Below, one piece after another: positions 1 to 9,889 of a stretch of 64,000 nt of DNA; the first letter of the stretch is position 1; each line of letters begins with the position of its first letter. The stretch spans positions 32,001 to 96,000 of the forward strand of contig JBBILD010000002.1 of NCBI GenBank assembly GCA_037445065.1, read 5' to 3'. This DNA comes from Myxococcales bacterium (GTDB lineage Bacteria > Desulfobacterota > Binatia > HRBIN30). Position numbers and translations under genes: made by a program. Below the pieces are notes generated by a model. It was not told the DNA's origin, did no database searches, and saw only the letters and a list, made by a program, of their open reading frames with translations.

Positions 1-86
1 AAGCTCAGTTGGCACTCCTGCCGGAGAGTACCGACAAACGAACCCTACTGGAACTGGTGGAGCAGTTGGTGCATCGCATCGGTTAG
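1..86 (+). CDS. 3' end of a CDS entering the window, possibly a polyprenyl diphosphate synthase
   Basis: Frame reads AQLALLPESTDKRTLLELVEQLVHRIG* (TAG 84-86), resembling the terminal helices of IspA/IspB-type prenyltransferases; only 27 codons visible. Confidence 0.45.
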   Translation, partial: AQLALLPESTDKRTLLELVEQLVHRIG

Positions 87-1231
87 GTCGCTGGCCTGAT
101 CTCACGGCCTCGGTCTGGCTCCCAGATGCCCACCCCATCGGGGAAGCTCAAGCCACGATCAAGAGTTTCAGGTGGTTGCGGTTGATCCCCCACGAACCTC
201 ACTTGCCGGACGGTGCCAAGACCGGCCCCGGGACCGAAGTTCAATCCGCTCTGCCATAATCCGAGGTCCGCATAGTAAAGCGTGCCCAAACTGTCGAGAG
301 CAAGACCTAGCGGCGTTCCAGTCGAAGGGAATGGCAAGCTCTCTCCGCGCACCGGCTCGACGATCCGGCGGAGAAAACTGCCGTCGCTTCGATACTCGGC
401 GATCACTCCGTTCAGCACGCTAGAGACATAGAAGGTTCCTCGAGGCGACCGAACCACTCCGCTTGGCGTGCGGATGAAACTGTCTGCAGGAATGAAAAGC
501 CTCTTCGCAACAGCATCCACGAGTGGCGCTCCTGTTCGGTCGACACGACCGCAGCCATGCGCCGCGTCGTTACCGGTCGGAAACGGACCTTCGTACACGT
601 AGATCCCGGGTGCCTCCCGTGCGCTTGCTACGAATACCCGGTCTTGCTCGTCCACGTAAATTCCCTGAGCCGTTCCGATTGCCACGTCGAGCTTGCAGTA
701 ACGCGGATTTGGGTCCGTGAGGGGCGGGAACCATAAAATCAACTGTCCGGTAGGATCTCCGCCAGCCTCGTTGCCGATGTCGGTCGTCACAAGGCGTCCG
801 TCCGACAGGAACCCGCAGCCATAGTTTTCTGGGTTATCTCCTGATGGCTGGTATGTGGGAACTAGCCTGCCCACTTGTTCTGCAGACAATTCGCCGACTC
901 TGGAGCCTCGCAGACGAAAAACGCCCCAACCCGGTGGTGGGTTCGGTTGGTTTGTATCCTCACCGGCAATGAACATCCTGGAATCATCGCGAGGAAAACA
1001 TACTTGGCCGTTAACGTCGCGGCCGCGAACTGGGTCGTCCGCGTGGCTGGGTATCACCGTTTGCTTGACCCCGCCGCGCAGGGGCGCGTAAGCGTTGAGG
1101 CGGTTCGTCTCAGGGGCAAAAAGGATCACTCGGTCTGGGGCCGGTTCATCATTGTCGCTGCCGCAGCCCCACATCAGAGCGGCCAGCGTGAGGAGCGAAA
1201 TCGTCAGATGGGCTTTGCACTTACGTGCCAT
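83..1231 (-). CDS. Lipoprotein with NHL/SMP-30-like beta-propeller
   Basis: Signal peptide with lipobox (LAALMWGC) from ATG 1231; repeated blade motifs (GIYVDEQDRVFV, PSGVVRSPRGTFYV, PLGLALDSLGTLYY). Confidence 0.75.
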   Translation of the reverse strand: MARKCKAHLTISLLTLAALMWGCGSDNDEPAPDRVILFAPETNRLNAYAPLRGGVKQTVIPSHADDPVRGRDVNGQVCFPRDDSRMFIAGEDTNQPNPPPGWGVFRLRGSRVGELSAEQVGRLVPTYQPSGDNPENYGCGFLSDGRLVTTDIGNEAGGDPTGQLILWFPPLTDPNPRYCKLDVAIGTAQGIYVDEQDRVFVASAREAPGIYVYEGPFPTGNDAAHGCGRVDRTGAPLVDAVAKRLFIPADSFIRTPSGVVRSPRGTFYVSSVLNGVIAEYRSDGSFLRRIVEPVRGESLPFPSTGTPLGLALDSLGTLYYADLGLWQSGLNFGPGAGLGTVRQVRFVGDQPQPPETLDRGLSFPDGVGIWEPDRGREIRPAT

Positions 1232-1267
1232 GGGTCCGTCCGCCAAACCATACACTCGGGGCGACTG

Positions 1268-2557
1268 TCAAGCGACCGATTGATCAGAACGAGTGCCTGA
1301 AACGTTGAGCCCGCGGGACTGTCCTCCCACGGCGCTCCTTCCTTCCTGAGACTCGGCCGGTTTTGCGGGCACCGTGGGGGCGAAGACTTCCTCGTCCTCT
1401 GGAATCATCTCGCCCCCCCCGATCAAGCGAAAGCGTCGCCCGCTCCAAATGACCCGATTGCTGCAAAACGCCGCGGCCCAAACGCCGGCAGTCAGAAGGT
1501 CTTTCACAGGAATCAGCAACAGGTCACGAGCGGCCATCCGCACACCGAGGTAACGCGTCGCAACTCGGTGTGCGCTGTATAAGCGAAGCCCAGTCAAGGC
1601 GAAAGCGATGGCCCAAGCGCCAGCCTGAGTAGGGTGGAGGAGAACGTTGAGAACGGCCCACGCGACGCCGTACGTCAACGACAACGCCAGGTAGCTGTAG
1701 GGCCGAACACTCCGATAGGTCCTCGCCCACCGAAGCTGGTGTTCCCAAAGGCGTTGCCAGCTCGGGATCGCCATTACCGTCTCCACAATCATTGCAGAGA
1801 CGAGCACGCGATATCCGCGCTGGGCCACTTTCTGACCGAGAAAAAAGTCATCGGCCAAGAACGGCGCCAGCGAAAGAAATCCACCGATCTCTTCTAAAAC
1901 CGAGCGGCGAAGCGCCATTGTCGCTCCGAAGGCGTAGCGAGTCACTTCGACCATCTGGGCCACGAACACGCTGGGAGAAAAGTCCGTGTTCACGAAGAGA
2001 GCTTCCAGACGCGCAGGCAGTCCGCCCACTGGGACGGCACGGTAAAGACAAGTCACAACCCCGACGGCCGGCCTCGAAAGAGGTCCAATAAGACGGCGCA
2101 GATAATCCGGCGGCACGCGTATGTCGCTATCGGCCACCACGATGTAATCGTACTTTGCGCGCTCGTATGCGTGGAGCAGGTTACTCACCTTCCGATTCGC
2201 CCCATGAACCCGGTCATCAATCACGAGCTCGATGTCTAGGTGGCGGTATCGCTGACGCAGGCGCTGCACGACTCGAATCGCCGCGTCCGCTGGGTCTGCA
2301 ACCGCAAACACCAACTGAAAACGCGGGTAATCCTGTCGGCAAAAACTGGCCAAGTTTTCGTAGAGGTCTACGTCCAAGCCCTTGAGAGGCTTGAGAACGC
2401 TGATTCCAGGCAGGTCCTCGTCGTACGCTCCTTCGTCCGGGTCCTGCTGTCGGGTAAAAAATCTTCGCGCCGCAAAGTACACGGCGACGAAGTAAGAAGT
2501 AGAAACGAGCAGGCCTAAAGCCACCAACACTTCGAGCGCAGAAAACACTGTTGCCAT
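1268..2557 (-). CDS. hpnI: HpnI-like GT2 glycosyltransferase (hopanoid-associated; ceramide glucosyltransferase family)
   Basis: SVLKPLKG, NRKVSNL, ADSDI, LADDFFLG and QLRWART motifs; N- and C-terminal TM helices. Confidence 0.8.
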   Translation of the reverse strand: MATVFSALEVLVALGLLVSTSYFVAVYFAARRFFTRQQDPDEGAYDEDLPGISVLKPLKGLDVDLYENLASFCRQDYPRFQLVFAVADPADAAIRVVQRLRQRYRHLDIELVIDDRVHGANRKVSNLLHAYERAKYDYIVVADSDIRVPPDYLRRLIGPLSRPAVGVVTCLYRAVPVGGLPARLEALFVNTDFSPSVFVAQMVEVTRYAFGATMALRRSVLEEIGGFLSLAPFLADDFFLGQKVAQRGYRVLVSAMIVETVMAIPSWQRLWEHQLRWARTYRSVRPYSYLALSLTYGVAWAVLNVLLHPTQAGAWAIAFALTGLRLYSAHRVATRYLGVRMAARDLLLIPVKDLLTAGVWAAAFCSNRVIWSGRRFRLIGGGEMIPEDEEVFAPTVPAKPAESQEGRSAVGGQSRGLNVSGTRSDQSVA

Positions 2558-2752
2558 ACACCTCTGTTCTTTGACCGACCGGTTAGCACACGGCGCAAAA
2601 GTCTTCCCCCTTTAGGAAACTTGTTTGCGAACGTATCTCTACCCTGGTAGCTATGACGCGTCAATTGATCCTCGGCAGAAGGCCGAACGCGTGGCACTGC
2701 TCCTCCGGGCTGAATTGCATAGAGCCGCAGAGTTGAGGCAGGAAACTAGGAA

Positions 2753-3895
2753 ATGACCCGGAGGGGGAGGTCTGAAAGTCACCGCAAGGGAAACAGCACG
2801 GGTATTCCCACTAGGCTCGGCCGCGATGGTCTGCTCGTTACTGTTGCGGGTGCTCTAGTCGCCTTATCCTTGGTCGCGATGTCGGCTTGGGATTTCCATG
2901 CGGAGCGCACCCCAGTTGGGGGGGAGGCGCTCATCCGACTTCGACCGGGAGAACCGTTCTCAGTGGTGGCCCGTCAGCTCGTCGATGCGGGCGTCGCGAG
3001 GTCCGCGTTGAATCTGAATCTTTGGGCTTACCTGAGCGGGGTGGATCGGCAAGTACGACCTGGCGAGTACTTACTGCGTTCGCCGGTTTCCCCTCGTGCC
3101 GCACTCGAACAACTGCGCAGCGGAGCGGCTGGATATCGCGTGCTGACCATTCCGGAGGGAAGTACGTTGGAAGATATCGCTGCGCTGTACGAGGCTGCGG
3201 GCTTTGGGTCGGCTAAAGCGTTCCTCCAAGCGAGCGGAGAACCAGCATTGCTGGAAGAACTTGGCATGCCGAGCACGGGGCTTGAGGGGTATCTGTACCC
3301 AGACACGTACCATTTTGTTTGGGCGGACCCTCCGGAACGGATGATTCGCACGATGGTACGCCGTTTCCGTCTCCAAACGGCTTCGCTGCAGGCTGACCGC
3401 GAACGACTCGGTTTGTCCGAACACCAGCTTGTTACCTTAGCATCCATCATCGAGAAAGAGGCGAAACGCAGTGAGGAGCGTCCCCTAATCTCGGCAGTGT
3501 TCCACAACCGGCTTCGCAAAGGAATGCGTTTGCAAGCCGACCCCACTGCTGTGTATGGGCTGGGACGAGGGATCCAGCCAGAGCCGGAACATCTTCGCTT
3601 GAAGACCCCTTACAATACATACCTCAATGAGGGTCTTCCTCCCGGACCCATTTGCAATCCTGGATTGCCAGCGCTCGAAGCAGCGGCCCGCCCGGCCCCC
3701 GTGGACTACCTGTTTTTTGTGGCACGGGGTGACGGATCCCACGTGTTCTCCCACACGCTCCAGGAGCACACGAAGCACGTCCGGGAGTTGAGTCAGGCGG
3801 AGGCACCCGCAGCGGTTCAAGAACGGACGAAGAAGCCAGTGCCGCGGGCAGCGCGGGAAAAAGGAAAACGCTTCCGGCGAGGGAAGAAACGTTGA
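2753..3895 (+). CDS. mltG: Endolytic transglycosylase MltG
   Basis: TIPEG, LEGYLYPDTY, LASIIEKE, LQADPT, PYNTY..GLPPGPI motifs; single N-terminal TM. Confidence 0.95.
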   Translation: MTRRGRSESHRKGNSTGIPTRLGRDGLLVTVAGALVALSLVAMSAWDFHAERTPVGGEALIRLRPGEPFSVVARQLVDAGVARSALNLNLWAYLSGVDRQVRPGEYLLRSPVSPRAALEQLRSGAAGYRVLTIPEGSTLEDIAALYEAAGFGSAKAFLQASGEPALLEELGMPSTGLEGYLYPDTYHFVWADPPERMIRTMVRRFRLQTASLQADRERLGLSEHQLVTLASIIEKEAKRSEERPLISAVFHNRLRKGMRLQADPTAVYGLGRGIQPEPEHLRLKTPYNTYLNEGLPPGPICNPGLPALEAAARPAPVDYLFFVARGDGSHVFSHTLQEHTKHVRELSQAEAPAAVQERTKKPVPRAAREKGKRFRRGKKR

Positions 3896-4815
3896 TGGCG
3901 GATGGCGACCTTGAAACAAAAGAGACGGGCCCTCCGAGCCGCTTTACCGCAGTGGATCGGATCAGTGTGGGCTTTCTTGGTGCTCTTTTTGTCGCCAGCA
4001 CTGCTTGTGAGAACGTCGGCATAAGCTTCGCGGTTCTCTCGATCGTAGGGATCATTTGGGCGTTGGCCCGCTTGCGTGCCGGAGGCCCCCGCTGGCTGCA
4101 GCTGGCTCACGATTTTCTTCCAGTGGCGGTGATTCCTGTTGTGTTCAATTTGCTGGCCCCCGTGATTCCTTGCGTCAACCCTGTTCTTTGGGATCCGTCT
4201 TTGGCCGAGCTGGATGCGCGTTTTTTTCAATGGATCTCAGAGTCATGGAAGCAGGCTCTGGGACGGCCGTGGTGGTTAGCCGATTTTGCATCCGTTGCTT
4301 ACGTCAGTTTTTACTTGTTGCCCGTACTGCTTGGGGTCGCTGCATTGCGAAAGGGACAGCATGAATTCGAGACGTTCGCCGAGCGAATTGTCCTTGGTTT
4401 TTACGTCCTCTACGTGGCTTATGCGATCTTTCCGACGATCGGGCCACGTGTGCCCGCAGAACTTGAAGATCAGATTCTCGGTGGCTCCGCAGTGAGCCAG
4501 GCGGTTCGCGTTTTCCTCCATCGGGTCGAACTGACCAAGACCGACGCGTTTCCAAGCGGCCACACAGCAATCACTCTGATCTGTTTTGCGTACGCCTGGA
4601 GGGCTGCTCCCCGCTACCGAACACTGTGGACACTGTGGGCGGGCGCGATCGTCTTCTCCACCGTTTACCTGCATTACCACTACGTGGTCGACATCCTGGC
4701 AGGAGTTGGACTCGCGTTGTTGCTCGGCCCGATGCTGAGAGTTTGTCGGAGGCTGAGCATGCACTCGCGGCCGCGATGGTTGGGGTTGCTTCGTGGTCTT
4801 CGAGAGCAAGCTTAA
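3892..4815 (+). CDS. PAP2-superfamily membrane phosphatase/phosphotransferase (AUR1/IPT-like)
   Basis: Multiple TM helices; AFPSGH and HYHYVVD motifs; overlaps mltG stop. Confidence 0.85.
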   Translation: MMADGDLETKETGPPSRFTAVDRISVGFLGALFVASTACENVGISFAVLSIVGIIWALARLRAGGPRWLQLAHDFLPVAVIPVVFNLLAPVIPCVNPVLWDPSLAELDARFFQWISESWKQALGRPWWLADFASVAYVSFYLLPVLLGVAALRKGQHEFETFAERIVLGFYVLYVAYAIFPTIGPRVPAELEDQILGGSAVSQAVRVFLHRVELTKTDAFPSGHTAITLICFAYAWRAAPRYRTLWTLWAGAIVFSTVYLHYHYVVDILAGVGLALLLGPMLRVCRRLSMHSRPRWLGLLRGLREQA

Positions 4816-4987
4816 GCCTGCCCGGCTTGCTCGACCCTGTCCCGTCCGGGCCCAGCGATGGTTTTGCCACCAAGGGCAGCATCGTTCACTTGGGTTTTTC
4901 TACTGCTCACGACCGTGGGTTCGCGAAAGCGTCGCCGGCGGTTGCCTTGCCGCACGATGGCTTCATGGGTAGCTGTCAGCCCCTTCG

Positions 4988-6190
4988 ATGGAAAACGGGT
5001 TTCCTCGCGACTTTTGGTTTTATCTACTGAGCCGCTTTGCGGCAGCGACTGCACTCACATTGTTGCGGGCCACTGTAGGCTGGCATGTGTTCGAACTCAC
5101 TCGATCGCCGTTCTACCTGGGCGTCGTCGGCCTCGCGCAGTTTGTCCCGGCGTTTTCGTTGCTTTTGGCGGGTGGCATTGTGGCCGACCGCTATGAGCGG
5201 CGCCGGGTCGTCATTTGCGCCCAGATGGTGCCGTTTGTGGGAGCGCTGCTGATTGCTCTTGCCACGAGCGCGGAGCGGGTGACTGTTGCGCACCTCTTGG
5301 CATTTGTCGCGTGTGTGGCAGGGGCCGCGGCCTTCGACAATCCAGCGCGAGCCTCTTTGTTGCCGAATCTCGTGGCCCCCGCCATTTTTCCGAAGGCAGT
5401 CACCATTGCGACAACGATCCAGGCCTTGGCGTTCGCGAGCGGCCCAATGCTGAGCGGTTTCGCGATTGCGCGGTTTGGGATCGCACCGGCATACGGGCTG
5501 GTCAGTGCATTGCTGGCGGTCGCGGTCGTCGCACTTTCCCGCGTACGCCCCAGTAGACCAAGGGGGCTCTCCCAAACGCTGAGCTGGAGCACTGTGCGGG
5601 AAGGCTTGGAGTTTGTGTTCCGGCGCCCCGTGATCTGGGGTTGTATGGTACTCGACATGTTGGCCGTTATTTTCGGTGGAGCAGTCGCTCTGCTTCCTGT
5701 GTACGCCAACGAGATTCTCGCCGTTGGCGCACACGGGTACGGGGTTCTCTCTGCTTCTTTGGAGATAGGGGCCCTGGTTACGTCGCTATTCCTAGTGAGC
5801 CGCCCCCCAATTCAGAGAGCTGGTTCTGCGCTGCTCTGGGCAGTCGCGACCTTCGGCTTTGCTACGATCGTGTTTGGTCTGTCGCGTTGGTTTCCGCTGT
5901 CGGTAGCGGCGTACATGGTGGCAGGAATGGCAGATCAAGTGAGTGTTGTTCTCCGCAGTACCATTATTCAGTTGAACACGCCGGATGCGCTTCGCGGGCG
6001 CGTGAGCGCAGTAAATTTTATGTTCATCAATGCTTCGAACCAGCTTGGGGCCGCCGAATCCGGGTTCGTCGCCGCGCTGACGTCGCCAACGTTCTCTGTG
6101 GTCAGCGGCGGAGTTGTCTGCCTTCTCGTGGTGCTGCTCGTTGCGCGGAAAGTTCCGAACCTGCGTGGGTACCGGATTGGAAGTGGTTGA
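4988..6190 (+). CDS. MFS transporter (EntS/MFS_3-like)
   Basis: About 12 TM helices; GIVADRYERRR motif A; TPDALRGRV. Confidence 0.9.
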   Translation: MENGFPRDFWFYLLSRFAAATALTLLRATVGWHVFELTRSPFYLGVVGLAQFVPAFSLLLAGGIVADRYERRRVVICAQMVPFVGALLIALATSAERVTVAHLLAFVACVAGAAAFDNPARASLLPNLVAPAIFPKAVTIATTIQALAFASGPMLSGFAIARFGIAPAYGLVSALLAVAVVALSRVRPSRPRGLSQTLSWSTVREGLEFVFRRPVIWGCMVLDMLAVIFGGAVALLPVYANEILAVGAHGYGVLSASLEIGALVTSLFLVSRPPIQRAGSALLWAVATFGFATIVFGLSRWFPLSVAAYMVAGMADQVSVVLRSTIIQLNTPDALRGRVSAVNFMFINASNQLGAAESGFVAALTSPTFSVVSGGVVCLLVVLLVARKVPNLRGYRIGSG

Positions 6191-6333
6191 CCGCGGTCCA
6201 CGTGTGGCCCGATACGTGCCCCGCGCGTGGAGCAACCCGCAGGGCGACTGCTAGATTCCTGCCACGATGACATCTTGGGCAACCTGCTCCTCGCACCAAA
6301 GCCGGTGCGCTTCGCGGCCCAGGAGGGACGTGC

Positions 6334-6984
6334 ATGCCACGTAGCCTGTTTCCGGACCCGCGTTCCTTGGGGTCGGACGCGCTGGTTGCCATCGGTGGAA
6401 AGATGGATCCAGCGACCTTACTGGAGGCCTATCGCTGCGGGATTTTCCCCTGGCCTGACCCAAACTTGCCGTTGATGTGGTTTTGCCCTCCCGTGCGCGC
6501 GATTTTGGAATTTGCTTCGCTGCACATACCGCGAAGCCTGCGTTCTGCGCGCCGCCGCACCACTTTGCGTTTCACGTTGGATACCGCTTTTCGCGAAGTG
6601 ATCCGAGCGTGCGCAGAAACTCCCCGGCCAGGGCAGTCCGGCACATGGATCACGCCCAAGGTCATCGACGCTTACACGCGTCTACACGAGCTTGGCATCG
6701 CGCACAGTGCTGAAGCGTGGCGTGGTGAAACCCTCGTGGGAGGAGTTTACGGCGTGGATGTGGACGGAAGTTTTTCCGCGGAAAGCATGTTTTATCGAGA
6801 GTCCAACGCATCCAAGCTGGCGTTGTTGTTCGTAATCGAGCACTTGCAGAGTCGCGGGTTGGACTGGATGGACATTCAAATGATGACCGCCCACATGGCC
6901 CGTCTGGGTGCGCGAAACGTAAGCAGGGAGGAGTTTTTGAGCAAGCTCGAGGCGACGCGCGCGCGAGGTCTGCGCCTCTTCTAA
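6334..6984 (+). CDS. aat: Leucyl/phenylalanyl-tRNA--protein transferase
   Basis: AYRCGIFPW, TWIT, AHSAEAW, LVGGVYG, ESMF, ASKLAL motifs. Confidence 0.95.
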   Translation: MPRSLFPDPRSLGSDALVAIGGKMDPATLLEAYRCGIFPWPDPNLPLMWFCPPVRAILEFASLHIPRSLRSARRRTTLRFTLDTAFREVIRACAETPRPGQSGTWITPKVIDAYTRLHELGIAHSAEAWRGETLVGGVYGVDVDGSFSAESMFYRESNASKLALLFVIEHLQSRGLDWMDIQMMTAHMARLGARNVSREEFLSKLEATRARGLRLF

Positions 6985-8117
6985 GACAGCGGCAGCGCGG
7001 CGCGAAGTTCACGCGCCAGAATTTCTGCTGTACCCCGGGTACCCCCACCGAGCTTCTGCTTCCACTCGCCGTCCGTTTCGAACCGGGAATCCCCGAGATA
7101 CTGCTGCCAGGGGATAAGGAGTTCTTGGAGGGTAGAACGCTCGAACGGATCTCTTCCCGACCTCCGCGCGCAGGCAAGAACATCGGGAACCACCCGGATG
7201 AACGCGCGCAGCGCGGCAGCCGTTTTGATGCTGTATCGCTTGCCGTGCCACGCCTTCTCGAACAAGTGAGAGATCGTTCGAAAATAGTTCAGAAAAAAAC
7301 GATCGGAGCGCTGGCGAAACTCTTCTGCAGGTCGCCCCCCGAATGCCTCGATCGCGGTGAGAACACCACGCAGCTCTTCGGCCAGGGGTGCCTGTGCCAC
7401 CTTGCCTCTGCCCACTCCGAACAGTTTGATTTCCCCGCGGAGCGGTGACTCGGGATCCTCGCTGAGCGAACGAACAATGTCGTGGCTGGCTGCTAAGGCT
7501 GGATCACGGTACAGTCGGCGCCCCGACAACGAGATCAGATGCGATGGATTGAGTCGGGTGTGTTTTGCGTTGATCGTGACGAACAGTTCGACGACCTGGT
7601 CTGGGGTCAAACCGTCGAAAACGATCGCAGGCACCTGAACGTCAGGCGGTTCTTGCTGCTCCGCTAGCTGATGCAAAGCGAGCAGCCGGTGCTGCCCGTC
7701 GAGGGCGCGCAGCGATCCTTCTTCCGCCCGGAACTGCAGGATTCCAAGGACGCGGTGCGAACTGATCGGGACAAAGTCGAGGCGTTGGTCGCTAGTTAGC
7801 AGGACGGCCCCTGGGATCGCCGGCAGGTTTTGCGCCTCCGCACATTGGAGATAGTAATCCATCAGCTCGGCGATTTTACGCCGGATGACGGGTCGCTGGT
7901 AAGCAGTCGCGCTGTGCGCCAGCTTTTGCTCCAGGACTTCCCAGTTCACTCTGCCAGCGCGGCCCGCCTGCAGGGGCCTTCTACCGTGTGTTCGTCCCTC
8001 GTGTCCGTAACTCAGAACCTCGAAGCGCACCAATCGCTGAATATCACGCACGTGGAACGTGCACTGATAAAACACGACGCCGAACTGGTGCAGACGAATC
8101 GCTGGGACAGAGATCAT
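6981..8117 (-). CDS. DGQHR-domain protein (DndB/DpdB-like, ParB/Srx fold)
   Basis: YQR...ALDGQHRLLAL...FVTIN signature. Confidence 0.85.
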   Translation of the reverse strand: MISVPAIRLHQFGVVFYQCTFHVRDIQRLVRFEVLSYGHEGRTHGRRPLQAGRAGRVNWEVLEQKLAHSATAYQRPVIRRKIAELMDYYLQCAEAQNLPAIPGAVLLTSDQRLDFVPISSHRVLGILQFRAEEGSLRALDGQHRLLALHQLAEQQEPPDVQVPAIVFDGLTPDQVVELFVTINAKHTRLNPSHLISLSGRRLYRDPALAASHDIVRSLSEDPESPLRGEIKLFGVGRGKVAQAPLAEELRGVLTAIEAFGGRPAEEFRQRSDRFFLNYFRTISHLFEKAWHGKRYSIKTAAALRAFIRVVPDVLACARRSGRDPFERSTLQELLIPWQQYLGDSRFETDGEWKQKLGGGTRGTAEILARELRAALPLS

Positions 8118-8255
8118 GTTCTCATGTTTCGCGAACCGGAAACGAATTCTACTGGAACCATGGGAGATGGGGAAGTCGGCTTTGCTTGCTTCTCAGGGGG
8201 ATCGCCAAGCGGGCGTTTGGCGGCAAGGCAGGACCACAGTTATCCGCCGCCAGCG

Positions 8256-8579
8256 CTATCTTCTGGACGGAAATACCAACTCGCCCTTCTCGTTGAGCAT
8301 GCCGGCAAAAGCGCCGTGACGCTTGAGCCACCGTTCGTAGTAACCGAGAGTTCGCAACGAGAACGGTTCTCCATCCTCGAAAGCCCACATCCCGGGACGA
8401 CCACGTGCGAACCCCACCCACCATTGGTTGTCTTCGAGGCGGAAAGCCATCGCGGCGTACTCCGGAGGGGTGACCGCTAATCGGTAGATCGGGCCTACGA
8501 CTACCGGATCTTCTCCGCGATCCCAACGCTTGGCGACTTGCCACTTGCGCAAGAACTTCTCTGATTTGGCGCCAACCAC
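8256..8579 (-). CDS. Hypothetical protein, 107 aa, aromatic-rich
   Basis: GAGGTG SD upstream of GTG; starts 14 nt after the acyl-CoA dehydrogenase stop. Confidence 0.65.
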   Translation of the reverse strand: MVGAKSEKFLRKWQVAKRWDRGEDPVVVGPIYRLAVTPPEYAAMAFRLEDNQWWVGFARGRPGMWAFEDGEPFSLRTLGYYERWLKRHGAFAGMLNEKGELVFPSRR

Positions 8580-8593
8580 TGGTCACCTCTGGC

Positions 8594-9763
8594 TCAGCGA
8601 ATCGCGTCGAGTCCGGTGATGTCCCTCCCGACAATCAGCGTGTGCATGTCAAAAGTGCCCTCGTACGTATTGACCGTTTCCAAATTCATCAGGTGCCGGA
8701 TTACGGGATAGTCGTTGACGATGCCGTTGGCGCCAAGCACGTCTCGCGCAAGCCGTGCTACCTCCAGAGCGTGGCCCACGTTATTGCGCTTCGCCAAGGA
8801 TACCTGTTCGGGGCGCACTTTTCCCTGATCCTTGAGCTGACCCAAACGGAACGCGATCAATTGGGCCTTCGTAATCTCGCTCAGCATGTGGACCAACTTT
8901 TGTTGCACCAACTGGAAGCCGGCAATCGGCTTTCCGAATTGGACACGCTCTTTGGCGTACTCCAGAGCCACGTGATAACAGGCCATCGCGGCTCCCACGG
9001 CACCCCAAACGATGCCGTAACGGGCCTGCGTCAGACATGAGAAGGGCCCCTTAAGCCCCTGAACCCCCGGGAGGAGATTGCCAACCGGAACGCGTACCTC
9101 GTCGAGTACGAGTTCCGACGTCACAGAGGCGCGTAAAGAGAATTTTCCTTTGATGTCTTTCGCGGAAAAGCCTCTCCGATCGGTCTCCACGAGAAAGCCA
9201 CGGATTCCTTCTTCAGCCTTCGCCCAAATGATCGCTAAATGCGCCAGTGAGCCGTTCGTGATCCAGCGCTTTGTACCGGTGAGAACGTAACCGTGGGAAC
9301 CGTCACGGTGTGCGCGCGTCTCCATACTGGCAGGATCGGAACCGTGATCTGGCTCGGTGAGCCCGAAGCAACCAATGACTTCTCCGCGCGCCATCGCGGG
9401 TAGCCATCGCTGCTTTTGCTCCTCCGAGCCAAAGGCGTAGATTGGGTACATGCAAAGGGAGCCTTGAACGGAGACCATGGAACGTAAGCCGCTGTCTGCC
9501 CGCTCGAGTTCCTGGCAAATGAGGCCGTAGGCAATGTTGTTGAGACCGGGGCAGCCGTATCCCTTCAAGTTCGCGCCAAACAATCCGAGTTCTGCCATCC
9601 GCGGAATGAGTTCACGCGGGAATGTCTCTTCGGCGTGATGCTTCTCGATGTGCGGCAGAGCTTCTTGTTCGACGAACTGGCGCACCGTGCGCTGCACCAG
9701 CCGCTCTTCGTCTGTGAACAGCTCTTCGATGGCAAAGTAATCAACACCGCAGAAAGGTTTCAT
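8594..9763 (-). CDS. gcdH: Acyl-CoA dehydrogenase, glutaryl-CoA dehydrogenase-like
   Basis: GCFGLTEPDHGSDP, GTKRWITN, RVQFGKPI, TYEGT; start reassigned to ATG 9763 (MKPF) because the upstream extension overlaps the LysR gene. Confidence 0.88.
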   Translation of the reverse strand: MKPFCGVDYFAIEELFTDEERLVQRTVRQFVEQEALPHIEKHHAEETFPRELIPRMAELGLFGANLKGYGCPGLNNIAYGLICQELERADSGLRSMVSVQGSLCMYPIYAFGSEEQKQRWLPAMARGEVIGCFGLTEPDHGSDPASMETRAHRDGSHGYVLTGTKRWITNGSLAHLAIIWAKAEEGIRGFLVETDRRGFSAKDIKGKFSLRASVTSELVLDEVRVPVGNLLPGVQGLKGPFSCLTQARYGIVWGAVGAAMACYHVALEYAKERVQFGKPIAGFQLVQQKLVHMLSEITKAQLIAFRLGQLKDQGKVRPEQVSLAKRNNVGHALEVARLARDVLGANGIVNDYPVIRHLMNLETVNTYEGTFDMHTLIVGRDITGLDAIR

Positions 9764-9831
9764 ACGCGCGCTCGTCCGTTTCGCGACTCTGCATAGGGAG
9801 TCGCTGAGAAGGGCACAAGGTCCGAGGTGAC

Positions 9832-9844
9832 TCATAAGCTGAGA
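9832..9844. promoter_or_regulatory. Candidate LysR T-N11-A box in the divergent intergenic region
   Basis: TCATAAGCTGAGA overlaps the inverted repeat CTCA-N5-TGAG between the divergent gcdH-like and LysR genes. Confidence 0.3.
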
Positions 9845-9889
9845 TTGGACTTTGTTGACTACGTCATGAGATTTGTTAACGAATCGGCC

